Below, one piece after another: positions 46,733-57,202 of a stretch of 64,000 nt of DNA (within the stretch, counting starts at the first letter, position 1; each line of letters opens with the position of its first letter). The position numbers and the translations under genes are program-made. This DNA comes from an uncultured delta proteobacterium (GTDB lineage: Bacteria > Myxococcota_A > Polyangia > Polyangiales > Polyangiaceae), in assembly GCA_963841435.1 (NCBI GenBank), contig CAWJCS010000003.1, positions 32,001 through 96,000 of the forward strand, written 5' to 3'. The notes under the pieces were generated by a model. The model searched no databases. It was given only the letters and a program-made list of their open reading frames with translations, and was not told where the DNA came from.

Positions 46733-47797
46733 TCAGCCGAAGAGCTCGGTGCCCACGCGCTTCTTCTTCGGGAACACGACCTTGCGCGCCACGAGATCGT
46801 TCACCGTGTCGCGCAAGGTTTCACCGGGGTCGCGGGGGCGGAAACCGAGCTCGCGCTCGGCCTTGCTGCCGTCGCAGTACCAAAAGTACTGGCTCATCTC
46901 GAGGCTCACCTCGTCGATGGGCGGCTCGCCGCCGATGCTGCGCACGGCGCGCGCGAACAGCCGACCGATGCCGAGCGCGAGCGGGCGCGACGACGGCAAG
47001 CGGAGCACGGGCGCCGGCACGCCGCTGATGCGCGAAAGCCGCTGAAAGAACGCCGCGAGCGTCAGATTCTGTGCGTTCAGGATGTAGCGCTCGCCGGGCC
47101 GGCCGCGCTCGGCGGCGAGCAACATGCCCTGGGCTGCGTCGCGTGCGTTGACGAACGCGATGCCGCCCGCGGGCGTCGCGGGGATGACCCCCTCGAGAAA
47201 GCGCCGCACGTCGCCCGTCGACGACCCGCGCAAGTCGCCCGGGCCGAGCAGAAGGCTCGGGTTGACGACCACGACCTCGAACGTGCCGGGCACGTTCGCT
47301 TCGATCGCCTCGCGCTCGCCGTAGAGCTTGGTGCGGTAGTACGGCCAGCTCGCGATGAGCTCGAGCGGAGCGCGGCAGCCCTCGTCGGCGACGCGCGCCG
47401 AGTCCTTGCCGACGGCGAGGGTCCCACTCGTGCTCGCCACGACCACGCGCCGCACGCCGGCCGCGCGCAGGCCCGCGAGCGTGCTCTTCATGCCGACGAC
47501 GTGAAGCTGGTAGAGCTCTTCGGAGGCGTCGCGGTCGCGCGTGACGCGGCCCGTCGCGACGAACGCGACCTCGGCGCCCTCCGCGCTCGCGCGCACGGCG
47601 TCGGCGTCGAGCACGTCGACGGCGCGCACGGCGCCGTCCGGCGTCCCGGAGCGCGAGATCGCGATCACGTCGTCGCCGCGGGCGCGCAGCGCTTGGGCGA
47701 CGTGCGCGCCCAGAAATCCCGTGCCGCCGCCGACCCACGCGCGGCGAGCACGCCCCGCGACGGCTGCCGTCGCGCCATTCCCATCGTCGTCGCTCAT
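46733..47797 (-). CDS. elbE: NAD-dependent epimerase/dehydratase (ElbE-like)
   Basis: GGTGFLG, YYRTK catalytic motif, NPSLLLGPGD; last gene of elb cluster. Confidence 0.8.
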   Translation of the reverse strand: MSDDDGNGATAAVAGRARRAWVGGGTGFLGAHVAQALRARGDDVIAISRSGTPDGAVRAVDVLDADAVRASAEGAEVAFVATGRVTRDRDASEELYQLHVVGMKSTLAGLRAAGVRRVVVASTSGTLAVGKDSARVADEGCRAPLELIASWPYYRTKLYGEREAIEANVPGTFEVVVVNPSLLLGPGDLRGSSTGDVRRFLEGVIPATPAGGIAFVNARDAAQGMLLAAERGRPGERYILNAQNLTLAAFFQRLSRISGVPAPVLRLPSSRPLALGIGRLFARAVRSIGGEPPIDEVSLEMSQYFWYCDGSKAERELGFRPRDPGETLRDTVNDLVARKVVFPKKKRVGTELFG

Positions 47798-47801
47798 CGG
47801 T

Positions 47802-50800
47802 TCACTCGCCGTCGCCGCTCGGTGCGCTCAATCGGAAGGTCTTCTGGAACTCGAGCAACAGCCCCACGTTGTTGGTCTTCACGGCCCCCGACAAGAACTC
47901 CGCGGGCGAGGGCACGTAAGCCTCGCGCACGATGCGCGCGAAGAGATCGGGCGACGTCTTCAGCACGCAATCGGCTGCGGCGACGTGCTTGCCGGGCTTC
48001 ACCTCGCAACCGTCCTTGGAAACGAGAAGCGTGAAGCGGTCGTCGCCGAGCGAAAAGTAGTAGCTCGTCGGCCGCTCGACGGTTTCGGGCGCGAAGCGCT
48101 GCTCGAGCTCCTGGAACACCTCGGACAAGGTGGGCGGCTTCTCGGGCTCGGGCAAGAGGTGCTCGGGACCGAGCGCGTGGGTGTCGAAAAGCTCTCCGCG
48201 CGAAAGGGCCCGCACGGCCCGCTCGACGAGGCGCGACGCGGCCCGCGACGCGTCCGCGGGCGAAAGATCGGCCGTGAGGCGCCGGAGCTCCGTCGCCTCG
48301 AGCACCGGACCGATGCGGGCCTCGACGTCGCGCCGCCGGATCAGCGTGGCGCCCTTCGGCAGGGCCTGGAAGGTGCCGCCGAGGTAAACGGGCAGGACGT
48401 CGATGGCGTGATGCAGGCTCATGTGCCCGACGGCAGCCTTGAACTCGTGGATCTCGCCGTCGGTGCTGCGCGTCCCCTCGGGGAAGACGAGCAGCGTCTG
48501 ACCCTCTTCGATGAGCTCGGCCGCCTTGCGCAGGCCCTGGCGCAACGTGCCGTTGCGCGGCATCGGCACGAGCCGCGTGAAGTTCTCGAAGTACGCCTTC
48601 CTGAAGCGGTTGCCCTCGAAGAAGTAGTCCTGCGCCGCGAGCGAAACGATGGCTTCGCCGTAGGTGCCGAGCGCGAACTTCACGAGCCCCATGTCGAGGT
48701 GGCTCGCGTGGTTCGCGGCCACGATGACGTTGCGATTGTGAGGGATGAAGGCGCGCCCGGAAACGCGGGTCTTCAACACCTTCTCGTAAAACCCGTGCTG
48801 GGCGCGGCCGAGCCAGTGCATCGCGGCCTCGCGCAGGGGCTCCGGCACCTCGAGCGACTCCGGCTCGGCCTCGACGATCGTGCTCGTCGAGGGCGCCATG
48901 GAGCGGCTCTGCTCACCGAGCACGGCCTCGACGTCACCGACCGTCTGGCAGGCGCTGAGGCGCTCGGCGTCGAGCGAGCGCCCGGCTTGGGCCTCGAGGG
49001 CGACGAGCAGCTCGAGCAACATCAGCGAATCGAAGCCGAGGTCGCCGCGCAGGGACGTGGTGCCGTGCAGCGAGGCCGGGTCGCGCCGCGCGATGGTCGC
49101 CGCGGCCGCCCGCACGCCGCGTGACACGCTGCTGAGCGCGCCGGGCGCCTGGCTCTTCGGCTCGCTCGCCGCGAGCACGCGCTCGAGCTGACGGCGGACC
49201 TCGGCGCGCTTGACCTTGCGGGTGCTCGTGCGCGGTAGCGATGAGTAGACGAGCGTGACGACGGCGGGGCGCTGGGCGCCGGGGAGCTCCGAAAGCGCGG
49301 CATCGAGCGCCGTCTTGGCGCGAGCGTGGCGCTCGGCGTGCTGAAAGGAATCGTCCGGCTCCGGCACGGCAACGAGCGCCACGCGCTCGCCCCCGCGGCC
49401 GTCGCTGATGCCGACCACGGCGAGCTCGGAGACGTGCTCGACCTGGCCGAGCCGCGCCTCGACGTCGTCGGGGTACACGTTCTCGCCGTTCGAGGTGACG
49501 ATCACGTCCTTGGCGCGACCCGAGATCACGAGGTTGCCACGCCCGTCGAGCTTGCCGAGGTCGCCGGTGCGAAGCCACCCGGCGGGGTCGATGGTCTCAC
49601 CCGTCGACTCCGCGTCGTCCGAATAGCCGAGCATGACGTTGGGGCCGCGCGCGAGCACCTGTCCGACGCCCTCGGCGTTCGGCTGCTCGATGCGGATCTC
49701 GACGCCGGGAATGGCCTTGCCGACGTGCCCGGAGCGCGCGCCGGGCCGCCCCTCCGCGACCGTGAGCACGGGAGCGGCCTCGGTGAGACCGTACCCTTCG
49801 GCAAGGTGGAGGCCGAGACCGGCGAAGAGCCGGTGCGTGCGCTCGGGCAGCGCCGCCCCACCGCTCACGAGAAAGCGCAGATTGCCGCCGAGACCCTGGT
49901 GGACGGGGCCGAAGAGCAGCCGCCCCGCGTCGATGCCCGTCGCCTTGCCGAGCGCGCGGTTCTGCTCCACCAGAAAGTCGAACACGTTGGAGAGCAGCGC
50001 ACCGCGCTCGGCCACGCGCGCGAGGATGCGCCGCTCGAGCATCTCCCAGAGCGCCGGCACGCCGATGAGCGCCGTGATGCGGCCCTCGTTGAGCGCGTCC
50101 TCGAGGCGCTCGGCATTCAGCTCGTCGAGGTAAACGACGCGTGCCCCCCGCGAGAGCGGCAGGAGCAGCCCACACGAAAGCTCGAACGTGTGGTGCAGCG
50201 GCAGCACGGAGAGCACGCGGTCGCCCTTGTCGAGCGGGAAGAGCGGCGCGAGCGACGCGATGAGCGCCGTGAGATTGCCGTGCGAGAGCTCGACGCCCTT
50301 GGGGCGGCCCGTCGTGCCGCTCGTGTAGATGAGGGCCGCGACGCCGTCGCGCGGGGCAGGCGCCGCAGCCGCCTCGCGACCGGGGGCTGTGGCCTCGAGG
50401 AGATCGACGACACAGAGCTGCCCGGCGAGCGCCACGCCGACGCGGGCGCGCGCCTTTTCGTCGAGCAGCGCGACGCGGGCGCGCGACGCCTCCGCGAGCG
50501 TGAGCGCGGCCTCCCGCTCGACCGCGGCCTCGAGCGGCACGACGGTGGCGCCCGCGGCGAGAATGCCGAAAAACGCGATCGGCCAGCCGGGATGGTTCTC
50601 GGCAGCGATGAGCACGCGGTCGCCCGGCCTGACGCCGAGATCCTGGAGCCGGGCCGCGCAGGCGAGCGAGCGCTCGCGCCACTCGCGGAACGTGATGCGC
50701 GTGAGCCCGCCAGGCTCGGCGCGCTGCAGCGCCACCGCGAGATCGTGGCGGTCGGCCATCTCGTCGAGCAGCGCCCACAAGGTCTCGTGCGGGCGCGGCG

Positions 50801-52466
50801 CCTTACGTGGTCGCTTCACCTTCGCGTCGATCTGCGGGAACACCCACTTCTCGAGGCCCGGCATGTGCACGTCGAAGAACCAGTGGCGCCAGTCGATGGC
50901 CTCGGGCGCCCAGGCAATCTTCTTGCGATCCGCCGGTGTCATGCGCGCACAGGCGGCGCGCACGTTGTCCGAGCGGAACACGTACTGGTACCGAACGGTG
51001 AACGGGACGAACACCTCGAGCACACCGCCGACCCGCTTCTGCTGCGCCGCGAAACGCTTCAGCGCGCTCGACGCGGGGCCGAGCAGCGACCGCGCGGGGC
51101 CGACGGCCGCCTTCTCGAGCGCGCCGGCGACGACGGACGCCCCCTCGGCGATGCGATACGGGCCGTAGCGGTCGAACTGGGTGTCCGAGATCAGCGCGCC
51201 CTCGAAGTGCGCCTGCAAGAACGCGAGGAGCGGGCCGCCGCGCGACGTGCGCTTGTAGTAGCGTCGCTTGTAGAGCCCCGTGAGCTCGAAGAAGCGGCGC
51301 ATCGTGCAGGGGTTCGTGTCGGTCGAGCCCAGCTGGTAAACGGCCTTGGCGCTGCCGTCGACGAGCTCGGCGAGCGCGGCCGTGAGGCCGCCCGCCACGA
51401 GATCGCAGGGGATGACGTCGAGGTAGTTGTCGGAGCCCGGGATCTGCAGGCCACCCTCGCGCAGGATGTAAATGAGGGGGGCGCTCGTGTTGATGCCCTC
51501 GTTCCAGCCGGGGAACGGATAGGAAAGCGTCGACTCGACGATGGCGGGGCGCACGATCGTGAACGGAAGCCCAGAGCGCGCGGCGATCTGCTCGCCGATG
51601 GCCTTCGTGTACGTGTACGTGTTCGGAAAGCCCCAGAACTGGGCGCGCTCCATGCCCGTCTCGGCGAGGCGGGCCTCGATGAATTTTCGCCGGACCTTCT
51701 CGACCTCCTGGTCGAGCACGGAGCCGCGCGCCGGCTCGCCCTTCTCGGCGAGGTTCTTCTTCGCCTCGGCGAGGAAATGGCTCTGGCGGAAAGCGTCGCT
51801 CGCGCGGTGCCGCGCCTGCTCGATGACGTCGAGGCACTCGGCGATCTCGCGGTCGGGGTTCCAGTGCGCGCGTTCGAGCGCGTCGGCGCGCGGGAAGGGG
51901 AAATCCAGCGGGTTCGTCTCGTGAATGTGCCCCGTGCGGCTGCCGGCGACGTAGCAGGTGCTCGTGTGGAGCAGCGGCAAGTCGCCGAGGTCCCGCGCGA
52001 GCGTCACGAGGTTCTGCACGCCGAAAGCGTTCACTTCGAGCGCCTCGTCGAGCGGCGGATCGAAATCGACGACGCCGGCGACGTTGACGACGGCGTCCAC
52101 CGCGCCGCGCAAATCCTCGCGCAGCGTCGCCGCGATCCCGCAATACGGCTGGACGACGTCACCCTCGATCGGCGTCACCTTCTGCCGCATGAACGCTTCG
52201 AAGTGCGGGCCGTACTGCTTCCGGAGCGGGTCGAACACCGCGGTCGGCACGATCTCGTCCCAGAAGCGTGCCTCCACCGAGCGCGCACCCTTCGGCCGCA
52301 CCACGAGGTACAGGTGCTCGATGGACGGGTAGTGCGAGAGCAGGAACGACCACCACGTCTTGCCGAGAAAGCCCGTTCCGCCGACGACGACGAAGCGCCG
52401 TCCGACGAAAATCTCCTCGAGATCGAGCGGGTGCGGCCCGGCTCCGTTCGACGAATCGCCGCTCAA
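47802..52466 (-). CDS. elbD: Multifunctional ether-lipid enzyme: fatty acyl reductase - acyl-CoA synthetase - ACP - acyltransferase - SCP2
   Basis: GGTGFLGK, YTYTK (reductase); YTSGTTGRPKG, GYGLTE, RTGDLG (AMP-binding); LGFDSL (ACP); NHASHLD, FPEGTRS (PlsC); C-terminal ADCVLKTS..F..G.VKT (SCP2-like). Confidence 0.9.
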   Translation of the reverse strand: MSGDSSNGAGPHPLDLEEIFVGRRFVVVGGTGFLGKTWWSFLLSHYPSIEHLYLVVRPKGARSVEARFWDEIVPTAVFDPLRKQYGPHFEAFMRQKVTPIEGDVVQPYCGIAATLREDLRGAVDAVVNVAGVVDFDPPLDEALEVNAFGVQNLVTLARDLGDLPLLHTSTCYVAGSRTGHIHETNPLDFPFPRADALERAHWNPDREIAECLDVIEQARHRASDAFRQSHFLAEAKKNLAEKGEPARGSVLDQEVEKVRRKFIEARLAETGMERAQFWGFPNTYTYTKAIGEQIAARSGLPFTIVRPAIVESTLSYPFPGWNEGINTSAPLIYILREGGLQIPGSDNYLDVIPCDLVAGGLTAALAELVDGSAKAVYQLGSTDTNPCTMRRFFELTGLYKRRYYKRTSRGGPLLAFLQAHFEGALISDTQFDRYGPYRIAEGASVVAGALEKAAVGPARSLLGPASSALKRFAAQQKRVGGVLEVFVPFTVRYQYVFRSDNVRAACARMTPADRKKIAWAPEAIDWRHWFFDVHMPGLEKWVFPQIDAKVKRPRKAPRPHETLWALLDEMADRHDLAVALQRAEPGGLTRITFREWRERSLACAARLQDLGVRPGDRVLIAAENHPGWPIAFFGILAAGATVVPLEAAVEREAALTLAEASRARVALLDEKARARVGVALAGQLCVVDLLEATAPGREAAAAPAPRDGVAALIYTSGTTGRPKGVELSHGNLTALIASLAPLFPLDKGDRVLSVLPLHHTFELSCGLLLPLSRGARVVYLDELNAERLEDALNEGRITALIGVPALWEMLERRILARVAERGALLSNVFDFLVEQNRALGKATGIDAGRLLFGPVHQGLGGNLRFLVSGGAALPERTHRLFAGLGLHLAEGYGLTEAAPVLTVAEGRPGARSGHVGKAIPGVEIRIEQPNAEGVGQVLARGPNVMLGYSDDAESTGETIDPAGWLRTGDLGKLDGRGNLVISGRAKDVIVTSNGENVYPDDVEARLGQVEHVSELAVVGISDGRGGERVALVAVPEPDDSFQHAERHARAKTALDAALSELPGAQRPAVVTLVYSSLPRTSTRKVKRAEVRRQLERVLAASEPKSQAPGALSSVSRGVRAAAATIARRDPASLHGTTSLRGDLGFDSLMLLELLVALEAQAGRSLDAERLSACQTVGDVEAVLGEQSRSMAPSTSTIVEAEPESLEVPEPLREAAMHWLGRAQHGFYEKVLKTRVSGRAFIPHNRNVIVAANHASHLDMGLVKFALGTYGEAIVSLAAQDYFFEGNRFRKAYFENFTRLVPMPRNGTLRQGLRKAAELIEEGQTLLVFPEGTRSTDGEIHEFKAAVGHMSLHHAIDVLPVYLGGTFQALPKGATLIRRRDVEARIGPVLEATELRRLTADLSPADASRAASRLVERAVRALSRGELFDTHALGPEHLLPEPEKPPTLSEVFQELEQRFAPETVERPTSYYFSLGDDRFTLLVSKDGCEVKPGKHVAAADCVLKTSPDLFARIVREAYVPSPAEFLSGAVKTNNVGLLLEFQKTFRLSAPSGDGE

Positions 52467-54064
52467 GTCGCGCCTCCGCGCGGCAACGTCACGTCCCCCA
52501 TCACGATGGGTGGCACGTGGAGCAAGGTCACGTCGAGGCTCCGGGCCTCGCCGCCCCGCGCCCGATAGAGCGCGTCCTCCATGTTCGGCGCCGTTTCCCA
52601 GCCGAAAAGCTTCGGAATGTACTCGTTGTCCGCACCGACCACGATGACGCGGCCCACGTGCTGTCGCCCGTTCTCGCCCCAGTACCACATGAAGAAGGGG
52701 TGCGAGGGGTGGTACGCGTGCCCCGTGCGGAACATCTGCACGAGCGCCGGATCGCGCGCGTACTTTTCCTCGTAGCGCTCGCGAAGCTCGACGGCGTCAC
52801 GCGTCTCCGGCAGGATCCGGTGCACGAAATCGACGTACGGTGCGTGCTGCTCGTGGTCGAATTTGTCCGATGCAGGGGTGGAGCAAGATCAGCGTGCCGC
52901 CCTTCTTCACGAGCGGCGCGCCGCGGTACATGTTGAAAAGGTACCCTTGCGCGAGCACCTGCACGAGCAGCGGGTTCAAGAACGCATGCACGTTGTACGG
53001 GCTGATGTACGGCACGCCGAACACGAGCACGTCCGCCTGCCCCTCGATGGGCACGCAGTACTGCTCGAAGCTGCGTTCGACCGTGCGAGCGTGCACTTTT
53101 TCAACGTCGCCCGCCCACACGCCCGTCATGCCGTACGGCGCGGGAAAGCGGTCGAAAATCGCCTGGCGCGCCGGCTGGGGCAGCTTCTTCGTGCTGATGA
53201 CGAGCGCTTTCAGGAGCGCCTTCTCGCGCCCGCTGAGCTCGTCCTCGTTCTTCATCAAGAAATCGAGCGAAGCGATCGAACATGCGGTTGTTCACCGTCG
53301 TCTCGATCGTGAAAACATTGAGCTTTTCGTGCGCGAGGCGGCCCATCCGCTCGATGTCGCTCGCGAGCTGCGAGCGCGCGGGATCCATGTAGCTGTCCGA
53401 GCCGCGGATGGAGTGCGGGTTGTGGTGCGCGCGCAGGCTCCGGTAGTTGCAGAGCCCCACGGCGACCGATTTGTGGCCGCCGTTCATCGGCACGAAGTTC
53501 AAGTTCACGTAGATGAGCAAGTCGCTCTCGGCGGCGCGGCGATTGAGCTCGAGCACCTCGCCGCGCTCGGTCTCGCCGATCCTCGACGATGTTGGCGCTG
53601 TCCTCGGCGTCGTGGTTGTAGAGCCGGTCCGGCCAGTAGGCGTCGAAGATGCGATCGCCCACCATGTGGCGGATCTCGGCCGGTTTCATGCGGCGGTGCA
53701 CGCCCGTCGCCACGATGATCTCGATGTCCTCGACGCCGTGATCGGCGAGCATCTCGAGCAGGATCGTCACGAGCCGCTCCCGCACGTCGGGGCGCCGCAT
53801 GGGCGGCAGCGGCAGCGAGATGTCGTCGACGGCGATCGTCACCTTCATGCCGGGCTTGAGCTGCGCGTGCAGCGGATCCGAGCCGAGCGGATGGTTCAGG
53901 GCGTAGCGAATTGCCGCGTCCGGGTCCCGTAGCGGCTCGAGCGGGGGCTTCGGGTAGATGCAGCGCGTCCCGGGAGGAAGATCGACCTCCACCAGCTGAT
54001 CGCCGGAAAACAGCGTGCGCGGCGCGCTATCGCGCTCGAGTGTGACGAGGCAGGGATGATTCAT
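52463..54064 (-). CDS. elbC: LarA/DUF2088-like protein (ElbC-like); frameshifts near 52865, 53270 and 53580
   Basis: [41 protein letters not shown]; spread over ORFs 53255..54064, 53101..53556, 52797..53258, 52463..52825. Confidence 0.8.
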
Positions 54065-54094
54065 GCGTCGAAGACGCTCCAGAGGGGGTTCACG

Positions 54095-54784
54095 TCAGGC
54101 CGGCACCGTCAGATCGAAGCGGGGCCAGGAGTACGCCTTCGCGAGCAGCGCGAGACGGCGGTCGGGATTCACGGCCGCCGGATGGCCGACGACGCTCAGC
54201 ATGGGAACGTCGGAATAGCTGTCACTGAAGGCGAAGCACTCGTCGAGGTCGTGGCCCTTCTTCCGCGCGTGATCGCGGACAATTCGAGCCTTTTCGGGAC
54301 CCGCGACCACGGGCATCAGCAGCTTGCCCGTGGCGATGCCGTCCTTCATCTCGAGGCGATTGGCAATGACGTCGCCACCGCCGAGGTGGTCCGCCAGCCG
54401 CTCGACGATGAGGTCGAGCGCGCCAGAAACGAAAACGAGCTCGTGCCCCGCGGCGTGGCTCTTCTCGACGAGGCTCCGGGCCGCCGGAAACAGCGAAGGC
54501 CTGAGCACGGATTCGAAAACCTCGTCGGCGAGCACCACGAGCCGATCTTCACTCATCCCCGCGTAAGCACTGTACAAAAGCTCGTTGAACATCCGCCGAT
54601 CCAAAAGCTCGGCGAAAGCCATGCGCGGGGCGCGCAGCAGGGCCTTCCCAATCTGCATGGCCGTCTGCACGGGCGTGCCCTGGTTCACGAGATAAAAGAG
54701 GGTGGGCTGGATCAGGTTGGTCCTGACCAGCGTCCCGTCCACGTCGAAGTAACAGGCGGCCAACTCCGGCCTTCGGTCGCTCAA
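54095..54784 (-). CDS. elbB: HAD-IB hydrolase (ElbB-like)
   Basis: FDVDGTL, VSG, K, FSDSYSDVPML, VNPD; start uncertain. Confidence 0.85.
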   Translation of the reverse strand: MSDRRPELAACYFDVDGTLVRTNLIQPTLFYLVNQGTPVQTAMQIGKALLRAPRMAFAELLDRRMFNELLYSAYAGMSEDRLVVLADEVFESVLRPSLFPAARSLVEKSHAAGHELVFVSGALDLIVERLADHLGGGDVIANRLEMKDGIATGKLLMPVVAGPEKARIVRDHARKKGHDLDECFAFSDSYSDVPMLSVVGHPAAVNPDRRLALLAKAYSWPRFDLTVPA

Positions 54785-54935
54785 GTCGGGGGGGGCGTCA
54801 AGGGAACGCCTGGAATTGCCGCCAAAATGCCCGAAGGACTGGCGGGCCGGCCGGCGGGCTTTCGCGGCCGGCAGCCGGGTCGGCGGCAAGGCGATCTCGA
54901 AGCCCGGCAGGGCAAAATCGGGCGATAGTCGCGGG

Positions 54936-55328
54936 GTGTCGACCTCCGAGGCCGTGACGCACGGTGTGCGGGTGCGGGTGGATTGCCGGTTCTCGCCCGA
55001 GCGATCGGATCCGAGCCGGCGCGAATATTTCTTCGTGTACACGGTGACCATCACCAACGAAGGCCCCGAGCCCGTGCAGCTCGTCAGCCGCCATTGGATC
55101 ATCACCAACGCGCACGGGAAAGTCGACGAGGTGCGGGGCCCGGGCGTGGTGGGGCAGCAGCCGCGCCTCGCTCACGACGAAACGTTCGAATACACGTCGG
55201 GCTGCCCGCTCGACACGGCGTTCGGCTCGATGCGTGGCAGCTACGAGCTCGTGCGCGTCGACGCCCGCGAGCGTTTCGACGTGGAGATCGCCCCGTTCGC
55301 CCTACGCCAGGACGGCGTCTTCCACTAA
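54936..55328 (+). CDS. apaG: ApaG/CorD protein
   Basis: YTVTITNEG..VQLVSRHWII, GPGVVGQQP, FEYTSGCPL..GSM.G.Y. Confidence 0.95.
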   Translation: MSTSEAVTHGVRVRVDCRFSPERSDPSRREYFFVYTVTITNEGPEPVQLVSRHWIITNAHGKVDEVRGPGVVGQQPRLAHDETFEYTSGCPLDTAFGSMRGSYELVRVDARERFDVEIAPFALRQDGVFH

Positions 55329-55524
55329 CCCGCGAAAGCGCGTGCCCCGGTTCGACCGCGACGAGACGCCACCGGGCGAAGCATCGCGCGCTCGTTTGGA
55401 AGCGATGCACGCGCGATGGGCCGTCGCCGTGTCGCCGGTTGGTTTGGAGGCGACCAGCGTGCGGCACCGGGCTAGCGCGAAGGTGCCCCCCGTTCCACGC
55501 ACGCTGCACGATAAGCCGCGCGGC

Positions 55525-56184
55525 ATGGCCGGCCTAGCGGTCGCCCTCGCGCTCGCCGCCTGCTCCAGGCTGCCCGACTTTGCGGCGCCGCGAGGCGGCA
55601 GCCTCGACCCGAGCACGCCGCCCGGCGACTGGATCCGCTACCGAGCGCTCGAGCGCTCGGACTTCAAGCGCGCGGCACCGCCCGGCAAGACCAAGGACGG
55701 CAGCTACGAGCTCGGCGCCCAGACGTGCGCGTACATCAAGACGAGCTCCGACGTGCAAATCGACATCGTGAACGTCACGGAGCCGAGCGGCGCGACGCGC
55801 GTCGAAGGGCGCCTCCGGAACCTACACTTCGTGGCCTGGATGGACCGAGAATGCTCCTGGTGGAACCCGACCAACGACGACGTCAGGTACACGCTCGAGC
55901 ACGAGCAGGTGCACTTCGCCATCAGCGAGCTTGCGGCGCGCAAACTGAACCAAGAAGCCGCGTCGCTGATGCGGGAGCTTCACGTCAACGCCGACACTCA
56001 AAAAGAGGTGGTCGACGAGATCCAGACGAAGGTGAAGGCTCTTCTCGACGAGCAAAACGACGCAGCGCTCGACCGCAATCGAGCGTTCGACGAAGAAACG
56101 TCGGCCGGCAAATTCCCCGTACAACAGCACGCCTGGCACGAGCGCATCGAGCGCGAGCTCCGTGCCTCCAAAGCCTGGCAATGA
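55525..56184 (+). CDS. DUF922-like zinc-peptidase lipoprotein
   Basis: LAAC lipobox, LEHEQVHFAISEL, FDEET..G, QHAW; start uncertain. Confidence 0.7.
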   Translation: MAGLAVALALAACSRLPDFAAPRGGSLDPSTPPGDWIRYRALERSDFKRAAPPGKTKDGSYELGAQTCAYIKTSSDVQIDIVNVTEPSGATRVEGRLRNLHFVAWMDRECSWWNPTNDDVRYTLEHEQVHFAISELAARKLNQEAASLMRELHVNADTQKEVVDEIQTKVKALLDEQNDAALDRNRAFDEETSAGKFPVQQHAWHERIERELRASKAWQ

Positions 56185-56236
56185 CGTGCAGCGCCGGCAG
56201 CGCGAAGGCGCGCGCGGCTCGGCGCACGCTAGTGCG

Positions 56237-57202
56237 TCACTGGTCGAGCACGTAGGCGGCGACGAGCGGGAAGACGATGGTCGCGTCCGACTCGATGATG
56301 AAGCGCGGGGTGTCAACCGCGAGCTTGCCCCAGGTGATCTTTTCACCGGGCGGCGCGCCGCTGTACGAGCCGTAGGAGGTGGACGCCTCGGAGATCTGGC
56401 AAAAATACGCCCAGGGCCGCACCTTCTGTTTGAGATCCTGCTCGATGAGCGGCACGACGCAGATTGGGAAGTCGCCCGAGATGCCGCCGCCGATCTGGAA
56501 GAAGCCGACGGGATGCTGCTTGTCGGTCTCGCGGTACCAGTCGATGAGCGTCGCCATCTGCTCGAGCCCACTTTTCACGATCCCGAAATCGTAGTCGCCG
56601 CGGCTCGCCCCTGCGACGAACATGTTGCCGAGCGTGGAGTCCTCCCAGCCGGGAACCCAGATGGGCAGCGAGCGCTCGGCAGCGGCGAGCAGCCACGAGT
56701 TCTTGGGATCGATCTGGTACTCGCCCTTCAGGCGGCCGCTGTTGAGGAGCTGGTAGAGGTACTCGTGCGGGCAGTAGCGCTCACCCTTGCGGTTGGCGAC
56801 GCGCCACAGCTCGAGCACCTTGCGCTCGATGCGCCGCATGGCCTGCTCCTCGGGAATGCAGGTGTCGGTAACGCGATTCAAGCCCCGATCGAGCAGCGCT
56901 TTTTCGTCCTCGGGCCGAAGCTCGCGGTAGTTCGGTACGCGCTCGTAGTGGTCGTGCGCCACCAGGTTGAACACGTCCTCTTCGAGGTTCGCCCCCGTGA
57001 CGCACATCCCGTGGACTTTGTCCTTTCGGATGAGCTCCGCCACGACGATGCCCAGCTCGGCCGTGCTCATCGCGCCGCCCATCGTGAGCACCATTTTGCC
57101 GCCCTCGGAAAGATGTCGTTCCCAGGCTTTCGCCGCATCCACCAGCGCCGCGGCGTTGAAGTGTCGGTAGTGATGCAGGATGAAGTCGCGAACGGCGCCC
57201 AT
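56237..57202 (-). CDS. Deoxyhypusine synthase-like protein (possible homospermidine synthase)
   Basis: HFNAA, GAMSTAELG, TGANLEED, WEDSTLG, IGGGISGDF, SYSGA..EKITWGK, ESDATIV.PL; GGAGG RBS. Confidence 0.92.
   Translation of the reverse strand: MGAVRDFILHHYRHFNAAALVDAAKAWERHLSEGGKMVLTMGGAMSTAELGIVVAELIRKDKVHGMCVTGANLEEDVFNLVAHDHYERVPNYRELRPEDEKALLDRGLNRVTDTCIPEEQAMRRIERKVLELWRVANRKGERYCPHEYLYQLLNSGRLKGEYQIDPKNSWLLAAAERSLPIWVPGWEDSTLGNMFVAGASRGDYDFGIVKSGLEQMATLIDWYRETDKQHPVGFFQIGGGISGDFPICVVPLIEQDLKQKVRPWAYFCQISEASTSYGSYSGAPPGEKITWGKLAVDTPRFIIESDATIVFPLVAAYVLDQ

Noticed and set aside
47802-52466. NRPS/PKS secondary-metabolite cluster
   Set aside because: No condensation or ketosynthase domains; architecture and neighbours match lipid-biosynthetic ElbD
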